Made by a program: the position numbers and the translations under genes. Shown here piece after piece: positions 8,868-17,506 of a stretch of DNA of 64,000 nt. Positions within the stretch are counted from its first letter, which is position 1. Each line of letters opens with the position of its first letter. The DNA is from an uncultured bacterium (GTDB taxonomy: Bacteria; Bacillota_I; Bacilli_A; RFN20; CAG-826): positions 149,096 through 213,095 of the forward strand of contig CASGDR010000008.1 of assembly GCA_949300345.1 (NCBI GenBank), given 5' to 3'. Below the pieces are notes generated by a model. That model made no database searches, was not told the DNA's origin, and was given only the letters and a program-made list of their open reading frames with translations.

Positions 8868-9707
8868 TTATTCTAAATCAACGAAAAGATAACGGGAAAG
8901 ACCTAGGTTGTCTTTGACTATCTCATAGGTGTGTTTTCCTAGGTATTTGTTCATGCAGGATATAAGCATTTCCTCTATGCCCGGACCGATTTCAAAGGCT
9001 AGGAACATCGGGCCTTTTTTGACCTCATGGATGTCTTTGAAGATCTTCTCGTAGACATTGTTGGAATCTTGGAAATATAAAGCCCTGTCGGGTTCGTTGT
9101 CCCTCACGATGGGCTCTGCCTCTTCCTTGGAGAGGACATATGGAGGGTTGGCGACGAGGATATCGAGTTTCAACCCCTTCTTTATAAATGGTTCAAGGGT
9201 ATCGCCTTCAAGGAGTTCGACATGGGTGCCTTCTAAGTTCTTCCTAGCAACCTCCAAGGCCCCTTTGGATATATCGGATGCGAAGATGATCCACTTGGGA
9301 AAGAAGGTGCTCAGGGCCCTAGCGATGGCTCCGGACCCGGTGCCGATATCGGCGACCATAAGCAAATTCCTCGGATCGAAATAATCGGAAATCCTCTCGG
9401 TGATTTCCGAGACCAGGAATTCGGTTTCCGGACGGGGGATGAGAACCCTTTCGTCGACATAGAGGTTATGTAGCAAGAAGGAGGCGTAATGGGTTATGTA
9501 TTGGACTGGCCTACCCTCAATCCTTTCCTTCATCCACTTATCGAAGAGATCGGGGTTTTTCATTTCCCTATCGCGATAATAGATGACATCGGCAGGCGAG
9601 GAAAAACCCTCCGCGACCATCAAAAGATAACGGACGTCGCTTCCTTCTATTTCATGTTGGGCGGCTTGCTTTAGGGCAGCCCGATAGACATCGTCGACCT
9701 TAGGCAT
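8868..9707 (-). CDS. prmC: Release-factor glutamine N5-methyltransferase
   Basis: It has the SAM motif ADIGTGSGAI and the catalytic VANPPYV. It overlaps the prfA stop by 8 nt. Confidence 0.9.
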   Translation of the reverse strand: MPKVDDVYRAALKQAAQHEIEGSDVRYLLMVAEGFSSPADVIYYRDREMKNPDLFDKWMKERIEGRPVQYITHYASFLLHNLYVDERVLIPRPETEFLVSEITERISDYFDPRNLLMVADIGTGSGAIARALSTFFPKWIIFASDISKGALEVARKNLEGTHVELLEGDTLEPFIKKGLKLDILVANPPYVLSKEEAEPIVRDNEPDRALYFQDSNNVYEKIFKDIHEVKKGPMFLAFEIGPGIEEMLISCMNKYLGKHTYEIVKDNLGLSRYLFVDLE

Positions 9708-10776
9708 GCTCTAGGAGTTTCTGTTCCTGGTCGAAATGGATCAGGGCTTCGATGATTTCTTCGATCTCACCTTCCATGACCCGGTCGAGTTTCTGGATGG
9801 TAAAGCCGATGCGGTGGTCGGTAACCCTGTTCTGGGGGTAGTTATAGGTCCTGATCTTCTCCGAGCGTTCTCCGGTGCCGACCTTGAGTTTCCTTTCGGC
9901 CGCGCGTTCGGATTCCAGCTTTTCCTCATAATAGCTATATAGCTTTGAGCGTAGCATCTGCATGCAGATTTCCTTGTTCTGCAGCTGGGCTTTTTCGGTC
10001 TGGCAGGACACGACGATGCCCGTAGGGACATGGGTAACCCTGACTGCGGATTCGGTCTTATTGACGTTTTGTCCTCCGGCGCCTTGGCTACGGTAAGTAT
10101 CGATTTTCAGATCGGCGGGATTGATGGTGACTTCCACTTCCTCGGCTTCGGGCATCACCAGCACCGTCGCGGTGGAGGTATGGATGCGGCCTTGGGCTTC
10201 GGTCTTGGGAACCCTTTGGACCCGATGGGCACCGGATTCGAATTTCAATTTGGAATAGACGTTTTCACCTTTGACCATGAAGGAAACGAAGGTATAGCCG
10301 CCCATCGCCCCTTCGGACCAGTCGAGGACCTTGACCTTCCAACCTTGGGTTTCGGCATATTTGGAATACATCCTGAAGAGGTCCCCGGCGAAGATGTTGG
10401 CTTCGTCTCCCCCGACCGCGCCGCGGATTTCGACGATGATGTTCTTCGAATCATTGGGGTCTTTGGGGAGCAGTTCGATCTTCAGACTCTCTTCCAAGCC
10501 TTCAAGTTTGGCTTCAATTTCCTTTTTCTCTTCGTGGGCGAGTTCCGAGAGCTCGGGATCACCGAGTTCGATGGCCTGATTGGCCTCTAAGAGCTGGGCG
10601 GTAAGCTTATTGTATTCATCGAATTGGCGGACCCCTTCTTCAAGGCCGGCCTTTTCCTTACTCAAGGCAGTCAGTTTCTTCAGGTCGGAGGCAACTTCTT
10701 CGCTTTCGAGTTCGCCTTCGATCTCTTCGTATCTCTTCTTCATGGCGGCAAGCCGCCTTAGCATGCTGGTTTCCAT
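9700..10776 (-). CDS. prfA: Peptide chain release factor 1
   Basis: It has the PxT motif (RVPKTEAQGRIHTS) and the GGQ motif (SQGAGGQNVNK). Confidence 0.95.
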   Translation of the reverse strand: METSMLRRLAAMKKRYEEIEGELESEEVASDLKKLTALSKEKAGLEEGVRQFDEYNKLTAQLLEANQAIELGDPELSELAHEEKKEIEAKLEGLEESLKIELLPKDPNDSKNIIVEIRGAVGGDEANIFAGDLFRMYSKYAETQGWKVKVLDWSEGAMGGYTFVSFMVKGENVYSKLKFESGAHRVQRVPKTEAQGRIHTSTATVLVMPEAEEVEVTINPADLKIDTYRSQGAGGQNVNKTESAVRVTHVPTGIVVSCQTEKAQLQNKEICMQMLRSKLYSYYEEKLESERAAERKLKVGTGERSEKIRTYNYPQNRVTDHRIGFTIQKLDRVMEGEIEEIIEALIHFDQEQKLLEHA

Positions 10777-11111
10777 CGGGGCGATTATACCTTAATGTCC
10801 TTCGTCCCTGTAGGGGTAGACCAGCGAAGAGCCATATTCAAGAAACCATGAACTCAGGTTCTTCCACAATAGGGCCTTATCAACTCGGCTATTTTGGGGA
10901 AATCAACCATACCTCCACTGACAAATAACGGGACAATATAGACCATCTCAATAGACCTTTCTAGGCCTTTTTCTTTGCAAAACCTACCTAAAAGATAGGA
11001 AATACAATGAAATCGCCTTTGCTTTGAAATCCTCTCAACCTTGGGGATTTTACGAGGCTTTTCTGACCTTGGAAAACATCGTCTTAGAAATGGCTCTCCT
11101 CCCCTAGAGGC

Positions 11112-11133
11112 AACCAGTTAAACTGGTTATAAT
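11112..11133 (+). promoter_or_regulatory. Putative dnaX promoter. A perfect inverted repeat AACCAGTT-A-AACTGGTT abuts TATAAT (11128-11133), 7 nt upstream of the ATG (leaderless-type).
   Basis: The sequence reads CAACCAGTTAAACTGGTTATAATTTCGAAGATG. No SD is present. Confidence 0.4.
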
Positions 11134-11140
11134 TTCGAAG

Positions 11141-12961
11141 ATGTCCTACAAAGCCCTATATCTGACCTACCGCCCCAAGACCTTTGACGAGGTTGCCGGG
11201 CAAGAGGCCATAATCCGTACCCTTAAGAACTCCTTAGCGACCGGAAAGATTGCCCACGCCTATCTTTTCGCCGGACCTAGGGGGACCGGCAAAACCACGA
11301 TGGCCAGGCTTTTCGCGAAGGCCTTGGACTGCGAGAACGGGCTAGGCGAGCAATGCAATGCCTGTTCCAACTGCGTGGACATCACCGAGGGCGCTCATCC
11401 CGACGTCATCGAAATCGACGCGGCCAGCAACAACGGGGTCGAACAGGTCCGCGACCTGGTAGAAAAATCCCGTTACGCCCCAATCAGAGCCCATTACAAG
11501 GTCTATATCATCGACGAAGTCCATATGATGAGCTCGGGGGCTTTCAATGCTTTGTTGAAGACTCTCGAAGAACCGCCCGAGCACGTCATTTTCATCCTAG
11601 CGACCACCGAACCGCAGAAGGTCTTGCCCACCATCATCAGCAGGTGCCAGAGGTTTGATTTCTCCAGGGTCGAGGACGCCGATATGCAAAAGAAGCTCAT
11701 CGAAGTCCTTAAAGCCGAAGGGGCTAGCTATGAAGAGGAGGCCCTAAAAGAGGTCATCTCATTGGCCGAAGGCGGGATGAGGGATGCCCTATCCATCCTC
11801 GATCAGGCCCTTTCCTATTCCGGGAACGTCCTTAAGGAAGAGGATGTTCTTTCCATCTATGGCCTTATCAGCAAATCCGAGAAGATCAATCTGCTCAAAG
11901 CCGTCTCGGAAGGCGATGCCGGAAAAACCCTAAGCATCCTTGATTCCTATAAGGACAGGGGCATCGATATCAGAAGGCTCAATAGCGATCTCGTCAATAT
12001 CCTTAAGGACTTGCTTGTATACCTCTCTTCCAAACAGGCGCGCCTGCTTGATTCCCTGAAGGAGAAGCAAGCCCAGGATTTGGCCTCTTCCATCTCCCTT
12101 TCCAAATGCGTGAGATTCATTGACGCGCTTATTGAAAACGCGAATGCCTTCAGGAATTCCTCTTCTTTGTATTCCCTATTTGAAATCTCGCTGCTGAAGC
12201 TGGTCTCCGAGACTTCTCCTTTTCAGGAAGATCCCCTACCCAAACTTGCGCCCAAGGCTATGGAAGAGGTCAAAGCCGAACCGGCCAAGCCAGCCGAGCC
12301 CAAGCCCCTTGCCCAGAAGGCCAAGGAAGAACCTACTCCCGAGCCCGAACCCCTCAAGGCTTCGATATTCGAGATGGCCGAAAACAAAGTCATAGAACCC
12401 ATCAAGAAAGCCGAAGAACCCAAGCCCGCCAAACCCAAGGTAGAACCCAAAAAGGGACAAAGCGAACCCCCGGACTTCCTCTTTGAAGAAGAACCCGAGG
12501 AGCCTGAGCCCAGCCTTGATACCAAGGGGCTATCCCACACCAGGGTGGCCATGGAAGGCGAGAAGTACGAAATCCCCGATGAGGAAATCATCAAGGTCTT
12601 GGTGCTTGGCGAGAAGGATGAAAGGCGCAAGGCCTCCGAATCCTGGAAGGCCCTTGAGCCCCTTAGGAACGATCCGAAGATCGGCAATCTGGCTTCCCTT
12701 CTTTTCCAAGGCAAGCCCTTCTGCCTCTGCAAGGAAGCCATTGTCCTCAACTACCAGTTCCGCAATCTCAAGGAGAAGGCACTGCTTAAGGAAAACCAGA
12801 AGGCTTTGTCTTCCCTACTGGAGAGGATCATCGGACGCGAGGTCTTCGTGATTGCCATCGACCACTCCGACCAGAACCGCATCATGTCGTCTTACTATGG
12901 CTTGCAGACCATCAAAAAACTGCCTAGGAAAGAGGAAATAACCCTTAACTTACCCAAATAG
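11141..12961 (+). CDS. dnaX: DNA polymerase III subunit tau/gamma
   Basis: It has MSYKALYLTYRPKTFDEVAGQ, GPRGTGKTT, a Cys cluster CNACSNC and a long P/E/K-rich linker. Confidence 0.93.
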   Translation: MSYKALYLTYRPKTFDEVAGQEAIIRTLKNSLATGKIAHAYLFAGPRGTGKTTMARLFAKALDCENGLGEQCNACSNCVDITEGAHPDVIEIDAASNNGVEQVRDLVEKSRYAPIRAHYKVYIIDEVHMMSSGAFNALLKTLEEPPEHVIFILATTEPQKVLPTIISRCQRFDFSRVEDADMQKKLIEVLKAEGASYEEEALKEVISLAEGGMRDALSILDQALSYSGNVLKEEDVLSIYGLISKSEKINLLKAVSEGDAGKTLSILDSYKDRGIDIRRLNSDLVNILKDLLVYLSSKQARLLDSLKEKQAQDLASSISLSKCVRFIDALIENANAFRNSSSLYSLFEISLLKLVSETSPFQEDPLPKLAPKAMEEVKAEPAKPAEPKPLAQKAKEEPTPEPEPLKASIFEMAENKVIEPIKKAEEPKPAKPKVEPKKGQSEPPDFLFEEEPEEPEPSLDTKGLSHTRVAMEGEKYEIPDEEIIKVLVLGEKDERRKASESWKALEPLRNDPKIGNLASLLFQGKPFCLCKEAIVLNYQFRNLKEKALLKENQKALSSLLERIIGREVFVIAIDHSDQNRIMSSYYGLQTIKKLPRKEEITLNLPK

Positions 12962-12969
12962 GAGGAAAT

Positions 12970-13272
12970 ATGAACCAGATCCAGGAAATGCTAAGGCGGG
13001 CCAACCAGGCCCAGAAGCAGCTCGATAGGGCTTATGCCGAGCTCAAGGAAAAGGAATTCGTCAAGGAAAAAGGCGGACTCGTCAAGATCGTTGTCAAGGG
13101 CGATAAGTCCCTTGAGAAAATCGAAATCGAGAAGGATGCCCTAGAACCCGAGAACAAGGAAATGCTCGAAGAGGCCATCCTCATGGCCATCCGCGAAGCC
13201 CAGGACGAAGTCCAGAAGGAAGCCGACAAGATCGATGAGTCGGTCACCGGAAAGGCCGGGCTGCCGTTCTAA
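12970..13272 (+). CDS. ybaB: Nucleoid-associated protein YbaB/EbfC
   Basis: It is a 100-aa coiled, acidic protein lying between dnaX and recR. An AGGAGG SD precedes it. Confidence 0.9.
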   Translation: MNQIQEMLRRANQAQKQLDRAYAELKEKEFVKEKGGLVKIVVKGDKSLEKIEIEKDALEPENKEMLEEAILMAIREAQDEVQKEADKIDESVTGKAGLPF

Positions 13273-13868
13273 TGGAGAAACTACCCTCCTTAGAACAACT
13301 GATCGAATCCTTCGCTAGGCTGCCGGGCGTAGGCCGTAGGTCCGCCGAAAGGATGGCCTATGCGGTTTTGGAGATGAAGGACGAGGATGTCCAGCGTTTT
13401 TACGAGGCCCTGAAGTCCAGCAAAGAAAATATCTCCAAATGCCCTCGATGCGGTTATTACAAGGAAGGGAACGCTTGTCCCATCTGCGATGACCATGAAA
13501 GGGAAACCGACAAGGTCTTCGTAGTCTCATCCTTCAAGGATGCCCTCGCGATCGAAAATTCGAATACCTACCATGGGCTCTACCACATTCTCTTCGGGTC
13601 CTTGTCCGCCTCCAAAGGCGTCTATCCCGAAGACCTCAACATCGAGCCTTTGCTAAATAGGATCAAAGAGGGAAACATCAAGGAAGTCATCCTCGGCACC
13701 AACCCCACGATCGATGGAGAAACCACCGCGACCTACGTGGCTAGCCTGCTCAAGGACTATGACATCAATATCACCCGCCTAGGATACGGACTATCCATCG
13801 GCTCCTCTTTGGAATATTCCGATCCGCTTACTCTAGAAAAAGCGCTTGAGGGGAGGAAGAAGCTATGA
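13272..13868 (+). CDS. recR: Recombination protein RecR
   Basis: It has LPGVGRRSAERMAY (HhH), the zinc finger CPRCG...CPIC and a Toprim part. Confidence 0.95.
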   Translation: MEKLPSLEQLIESFARLPGVGRRSAERMAYAVLEMKDEDVQRFYEALKSSKENISKCPRCGYYKEGNACPICDDHERETDKVFVVSSFKDALAIENSNTYHGLYHILFGSLSASKGVYPEDLNIEPLLNRIKEGNIKEVILGTNPTIDGETTATYVASLLKDYDINITRLGYGLSIGSSLEYSDPLTLEKALEGRKKL

Positions 13869-14491
13869 GAGGAAAGTTCATCACTTTCGAAGGTTGCGAG
13901 GGTTCGGGCAAGTCCACCATCCTCCGCCTCATCGTCGAAAAACTGAAGGAAGAAGGCATCCGCTTCATCCTCAGCCGGGAACCGGGGGGCACCAAAATCG
14001 GGGAAGAAATAAGAAGTGTCATCCTCGATAAGGCAAACACCGAGATGGACCCGGTGACCGAGGCCTTGCTTTATGCCGCCTCAAGAAGACAACATGTCCA
14101 AGAGCTCATCATTCCGACCCTAAATAAAGGAATAAGCGTCCTTTCCGACCGTTATGTCGACTCCTCCTTGGCCTATCAAGGCGGGGCTAGGGGCTTAGGA
14201 ATCGAACTCATTGCAAAAATCAACGAACCGGCCACCGAAGGGGTCAAACCCGATCTTACCGTCCTATTTGACATCAATCCCGAAGAAGGGCTCAAAAGAA
14301 TCGCCCAAAACGCTTCCCGCGAGGTCAACCGCCTAGACCTAGAAGCCTTGGATTTCCACAAAAAAGTCCGCAAAGCCTTCTTGGATATCGCAAAATCCTC
14401 CGATCATTTCGCCATCATCGATGCTTCCAAACCCATCGATGAGGTCTTTGAAGCGGCCTACAAGATCGTCCATAAGACCTTGACCGAATAG
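13865..14491 (+). CDS. tmk: Thymidylate kinase
   Basis: It has the FITFEGCEGSGKST P-loop and the DRYVDSSLAYQG motif. Confidence 0.93.
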   Translation: MRGKFITFEGCEGSGKSTILRLIVEKLKEEGIRFILSREPGGTKIGEEIRSVILDKANTEMDPVTEALLYAASRRQHVQELIIPTLNKGISVLSDRYVDSSLAYQGGARGLGIELIAKINEPATEGVKPDLTVLFDINPEEGLKRIAQNASREVNRLDLEALDFHKKVRKAFLDIAKSSDHFAIIDASKPIDEVFEAAYKIVHKTLTE

Positions 14492-14493
14492 CC

Positions 14494-15471
14494 ATGGACA
14501 ACAAGGAGTTCATCCTCAAAAGCCAAGAAGTCGCGATGCGCTCCTTTGGGGCGGCCTTGAAGTCGGGCCGGGTCCCCCATGCCTATCTCCTTGATGGGGA
14601 GGAAGGCACTCCATTATTTGAAACCGCCACCCTGATGGCAAAGTCCTTGCTTTGCGATCACCCCGACCCCTATTGCGATATGACCTGCACCACCTGCAGG
14701 AGGATCGACGCCGGAAATTACCATGACCTAGTCGTCATGGACGGGGGCGAAGGTACCCTGAACAAGGAATCAGTCAAGGACCTGATCGAGAATTTCTCCA
14801 AAAGCCCCCTCGAGAAAAAAGGCAAGCTCGTCTATATCATCCATCTGGCCGAAAAGCTTACCGACGAGGCTGAGAATAGCCTGCTCAAATTCTTGGAAGA
14901 ACCAAGCAAGAACACCACGGCCATCCTGACCACCAACAACATCGCTAGGATATTGCCCACCATCAGAAGCCGCTGCGAAATCCTGCGCCTGGTCTTGCCC
15001 AACAAGCTGGAAATCATGGACCTGGCCATAAAAGAAGGTTTCAGTCAAGAAGACGCCTTCCTGCTTGCTCCTTTCCATGGAACCGTTTCTTCCTTGAAGG
15101 AAACCTCCGCTTCGGAGGAATATAGATCCGCCAAGCAAGCCCTCATGATCCACCTTCAGCATAAGGACGAGGGGGAAGGACTCTATTTCTATTACCAGAA
15201 CAAAATCTCAGCCTTGATCAAACAAAAGAAGGCGGCCCTGCTCTTCCTTTCCCTGCTCATCGAATACGGACACAGCCTTTTGTACATGAATATGGACAAA
15301 GATCTGCCCCTTTTGGCGTATCATATCTATGGCAAGGACCATCCTAGGGAAGACCCTAGCCGCATCATCTTCCTCGCAAATGAGGCCATGGGCGCCATAA
15401 ACGCCAACGTGGCCGTTGCCCTATCCTTGGACCACCTAGCTTACTCCCTCATAGACACATGGACGATTTAG
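14494..15471 (+). CDS. holB: DNA polymerase III subunit delta-prime
   Basis: It shows an AAA+-like HAYLLDGEEG, a Cys cluster CDMTCTTCRRI and SRC (TIRSRCEIL). The tmk-holB synteny is as expected. Confidence 0.85.
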   Translation: MDNKEFILKSQEVAMRSFGAALKSGRVPHAYLLDGEEGTPLFETATLMAKSLLCDHPDPYCDMTCTTCRRIDAGNYHDLVVMDGGEGTLNKESVKDLIENFSKSPLEKKGKLVYIIHLAEKLTDEAENSLLKFLEEPSKNTTAILTTNNIARILPTIRSRCEILRLVLPNKLEIMDLAIKEGFSQEDAFLLAPFHGTVSSLKETSASEEYRSAKQALMIHLQHKDEGEGLYFYYQNKISALIKQKKAALLFLSLLIEYGHSLLYMNMDKDLPLLAYHIYGKDHPREDPSRIIFLANEAMGAINANVAVALSLDHLAYSLIDTWTI

Positions 15472-16631
15472 ACATCAGAAGTTCGCTCACCCATTTCGTG
15501 GGCATCAAATTCGACGCTTCCGGCAAGGTTTATTTCTTTGCGACCCCTTTCGATGATTCCGAAGAAGGCGACATCCTCGTCGCCGACACCATCAACGGCA
15601 TCGAGATAGGACTGGTGGCCTCCGCTCCCCGTCCTCTGGACGAATACGATGGGCAAATCGAACTAAGGCGCATCCTAAGGCATCCTACCAAGTCCGATTT
15701 GGATGATTATGAAGATGCCATAAAAAGGTCTAAAAAGGCGTTGAAGATCGCCACCGAACAGGCTGCCAAGCTGGGTCTGGACATGAAGATTTCCGATGCG
15801 GTCTATTCCCCATTCAGGAATACCTGCACCATCTCCTTCTTTGCCGAGCATCGGGTCGATTTCCGTGAACTTGCCAAGATATTGGCCAGCCAACTGGGCT
15901 GCTACATCGATCTTAGGATGAAGGCCGCTAGGGACAAGGCCAAGATGGTCGGGGGCATCGGACTATGCGGACTGCCCTTATGCTGCTCCAACTTCCTGGA
16001 GGGCTTTGGGGCGATCTCCATTTCCATGGCCAAGAACCAGATGCTCACCCTGAACATCCCCAAGCTTTCGGGTCCATGCAACAAACTGATGTGCTGCCTG
16101 GCCTATGAAGATGAGATGTATAGCAAAGAGAAGGCCCGCTTCCCCAAAGTCGGTTCCATCATCCATACCCCTGACGGCGATTACATGATCAGGGATTTCA
16201 ACATCCTCTCGGAAATCGTCCGCATCGTCTCTACCGAAAACTCTTCCGATATCAAGACCATCGGTCTAGATGAGATGGACGATTTGGCCAAAGGAAGGAT
16301 CCGCCCCAAGGTCATTATCGAAAAAGCCGCCGTAGCCGGGGACGCCTCGCTGCCCGAATCCCAATTCCTCAATGAAATCCAAAAGGAAGAGGAAGAGAAA
16401 CAAAAAAGGGAACGCAACAGGGACAAAAAAGACCGTAACTTCAACCAGAAGCAGAATAACAACAAGAACAACCAGAATAACAAAGGCAATAACCAGCAGG
16501 GCCATAAAGAACAAAACAATAACCAGAACAACAACCGGCCCCGCCACAATAGGCATCATGGCCATGGCAATCGCCCCAATAACCATAATCCCCGCAATTT
16601 TCAACCCAACAACAATAAAAACAACAAGTAA
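15459..16631 (+). CDS. ricT: PSP1-domain protein (YaaT/RicT-like) with a ~90-aa N/Q/K/H-rich C-terminal tail
   Basis: It has a PSP1 core with CGLPLCCSNFL...GPCNKLMCCL. It follows holB as in Bacillus. Confidence 0.85.
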   Translation: MDDLDIRSSLTHFVGIKFDASGKVYFFATPFDDSEEGDILVADTINGIEIGLVASAPRPLDEYDGQIELRRILRHPTKSDLDDYEDAIKRSKKALKIATEQAAKLGLDMKISDAVYSPFRNTCTISFFAEHRVDFRELAKILASQLGCYIDLRMKAARDKAKMVGGIGLCGLPLCCSNFLEGFGAISISMAKNQMLTLNIPKLSGPCNKLMCCLAYEDEMYSKEKARFPKVGSIIHTPDGDYMIRDFNILSEIVRIVSTENSSDIKTIGLDEMDDLAKGRIRPKVIIEKAAVAGDASLPESQFLNEIQKEEEEKQKRERNRDKKDRNFNQKQNNNKNNQNNKGNNQQGHKEQNNNQNNNRPRHNRHHGHGNRPNNHNPRNFQPNNNKNNK

Positions 16632-16633
16632 CC

Positions 16634-17500
16634 ATGAGTGTTTCCCGGGTCTTTTCCTTTAAAGAAAATAGGCCCGTTTTGTATATGGTGGCCACCCCTA
16701 TCGGGAATATGGAGGAACTCCCTCCTAGAGCCATCAGGGTGCTTGAGGCCTCCGATTTGATAGCCTGCGAGGACACCAGAAGAACCGGCAATCTCATCAA
16801 GATGGCCCTAGGCAAAGAAAAGCCTCTTGTCTGCTTGGAAAAATTCCGGGAAAGGGAAGTGGCTCCCAAGATCATCGAGGAACTTAAATCAGGGCTGACC
16901 GTTTCCTATATGTCCGATGCCGGATATCCTTTAATTTCAGACCCCGGCTCCTTGCTTGTTGATATGGCAATACAAGAAGGCATTCCCGTGTCCGTGGTCA
17001 ATGGTTCTAGCGCCTTCCTCAGCGGTCTCGTGCCTTCTGGTCTAGCGACCGACCACTTCTACTTCGAAGGGTTTTTGCCTAGCAAATCCGGGGCCAGAAA
17101 AAAGAGGCTTGAACATCTTAAAAACCTAGACGTGACCCTTATTTTCTATGAGGCACCTCATAGAATCGAAGAGACCTTGAAAGACCTAAGGGAAGTCCTA
17201 GGCAATAGACAGGCGGTCATCGCTAGGGAACTGACGAAAATCCATGAAGAATTCCTTAGGGGCAGCCTAGAAGAGCTCCTTGGCCTTGATCAGGAAACCA
17301 TCAGGGGCGAAATCGTCCTATTGGTGGAAGGGGCCAAAGAGGTACATGAAGAAGTCAGCGAGGAAGACGTGCTTATGGCCCTGAGGATTGCCTTATCCAA
17401 AGGGCTATCAGGCAAGGATGCCGTCGAGGAAGTCTCTTCCTCACTAGGCATCAAAAAGAAGCAGGTCTATTCCCTTTATCTATCTCATCTCGCGGACTGA
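16634..17500 (+). CDS. rsmI: 16S rRNA (cytidine1402-2'-O)-methyltransferase
   Basis: It has LYMVATPIGNMEELPPRAIRVLEASDLIACEDTRRTGNL and FYEAPHRI. Confidence 0.9.
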   Translation: MSVSRVFSFKENRPVLYMVATPIGNMEELPPRAIRVLEASDLIACEDTRRTGNLIKMALGKEKPLVCLEKFREREVAPKIIEELKSGLTVSYMSDAGYPLISDPGSLLVDMAIQEGIPVSVVNGSSAFLSGLVPSGLATDHFYFEGFLPSKSGARKKRLEHLKNLDVTLIFYEAPHRIEETLKDLREVLGNRQAVIARELTKIHEEFLRGSLEELLGLDQETIRGEIVLLVEGAKEVHEEVSEEDVLMALRIALSKGLSGKDAVEEVSSSLGIKKKQVYSLYLSHLAD

Positions 17501-17506
17501 TTCTTC

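Noticed and set aside
10777-11140. SRP RNA (scRNA/ffs), expected upstream of dnaX as in Bacillus
   Set aside because: I scanned both strands for the domain IV core (AGGUCCGGAAGGAAGCAGC-like). Only a vague CCATGAACTCAGGTTCTTCC resemblance is present, with no GGAAGCAGC block. A cmsearch with RF00169/RF01854 would settle it.
11915-11930. dnaX programmed -1 frameshift heptamer (A AAA AAG type) at the A-run GGAAAAACC
   Set aside because: In frame it reads GGA AAA ACC, which is not an X XXY YYZ slippery site. No other heptamer was seen by eye.
16372-16875. ORFs in alternative frames or on the opposite strand over the N-rich tail of the PSP1 gene and the rsmI start
   Set aside because: They are by-products of the AAC/AAT quasi-repeat, which lacks stops in several frames.
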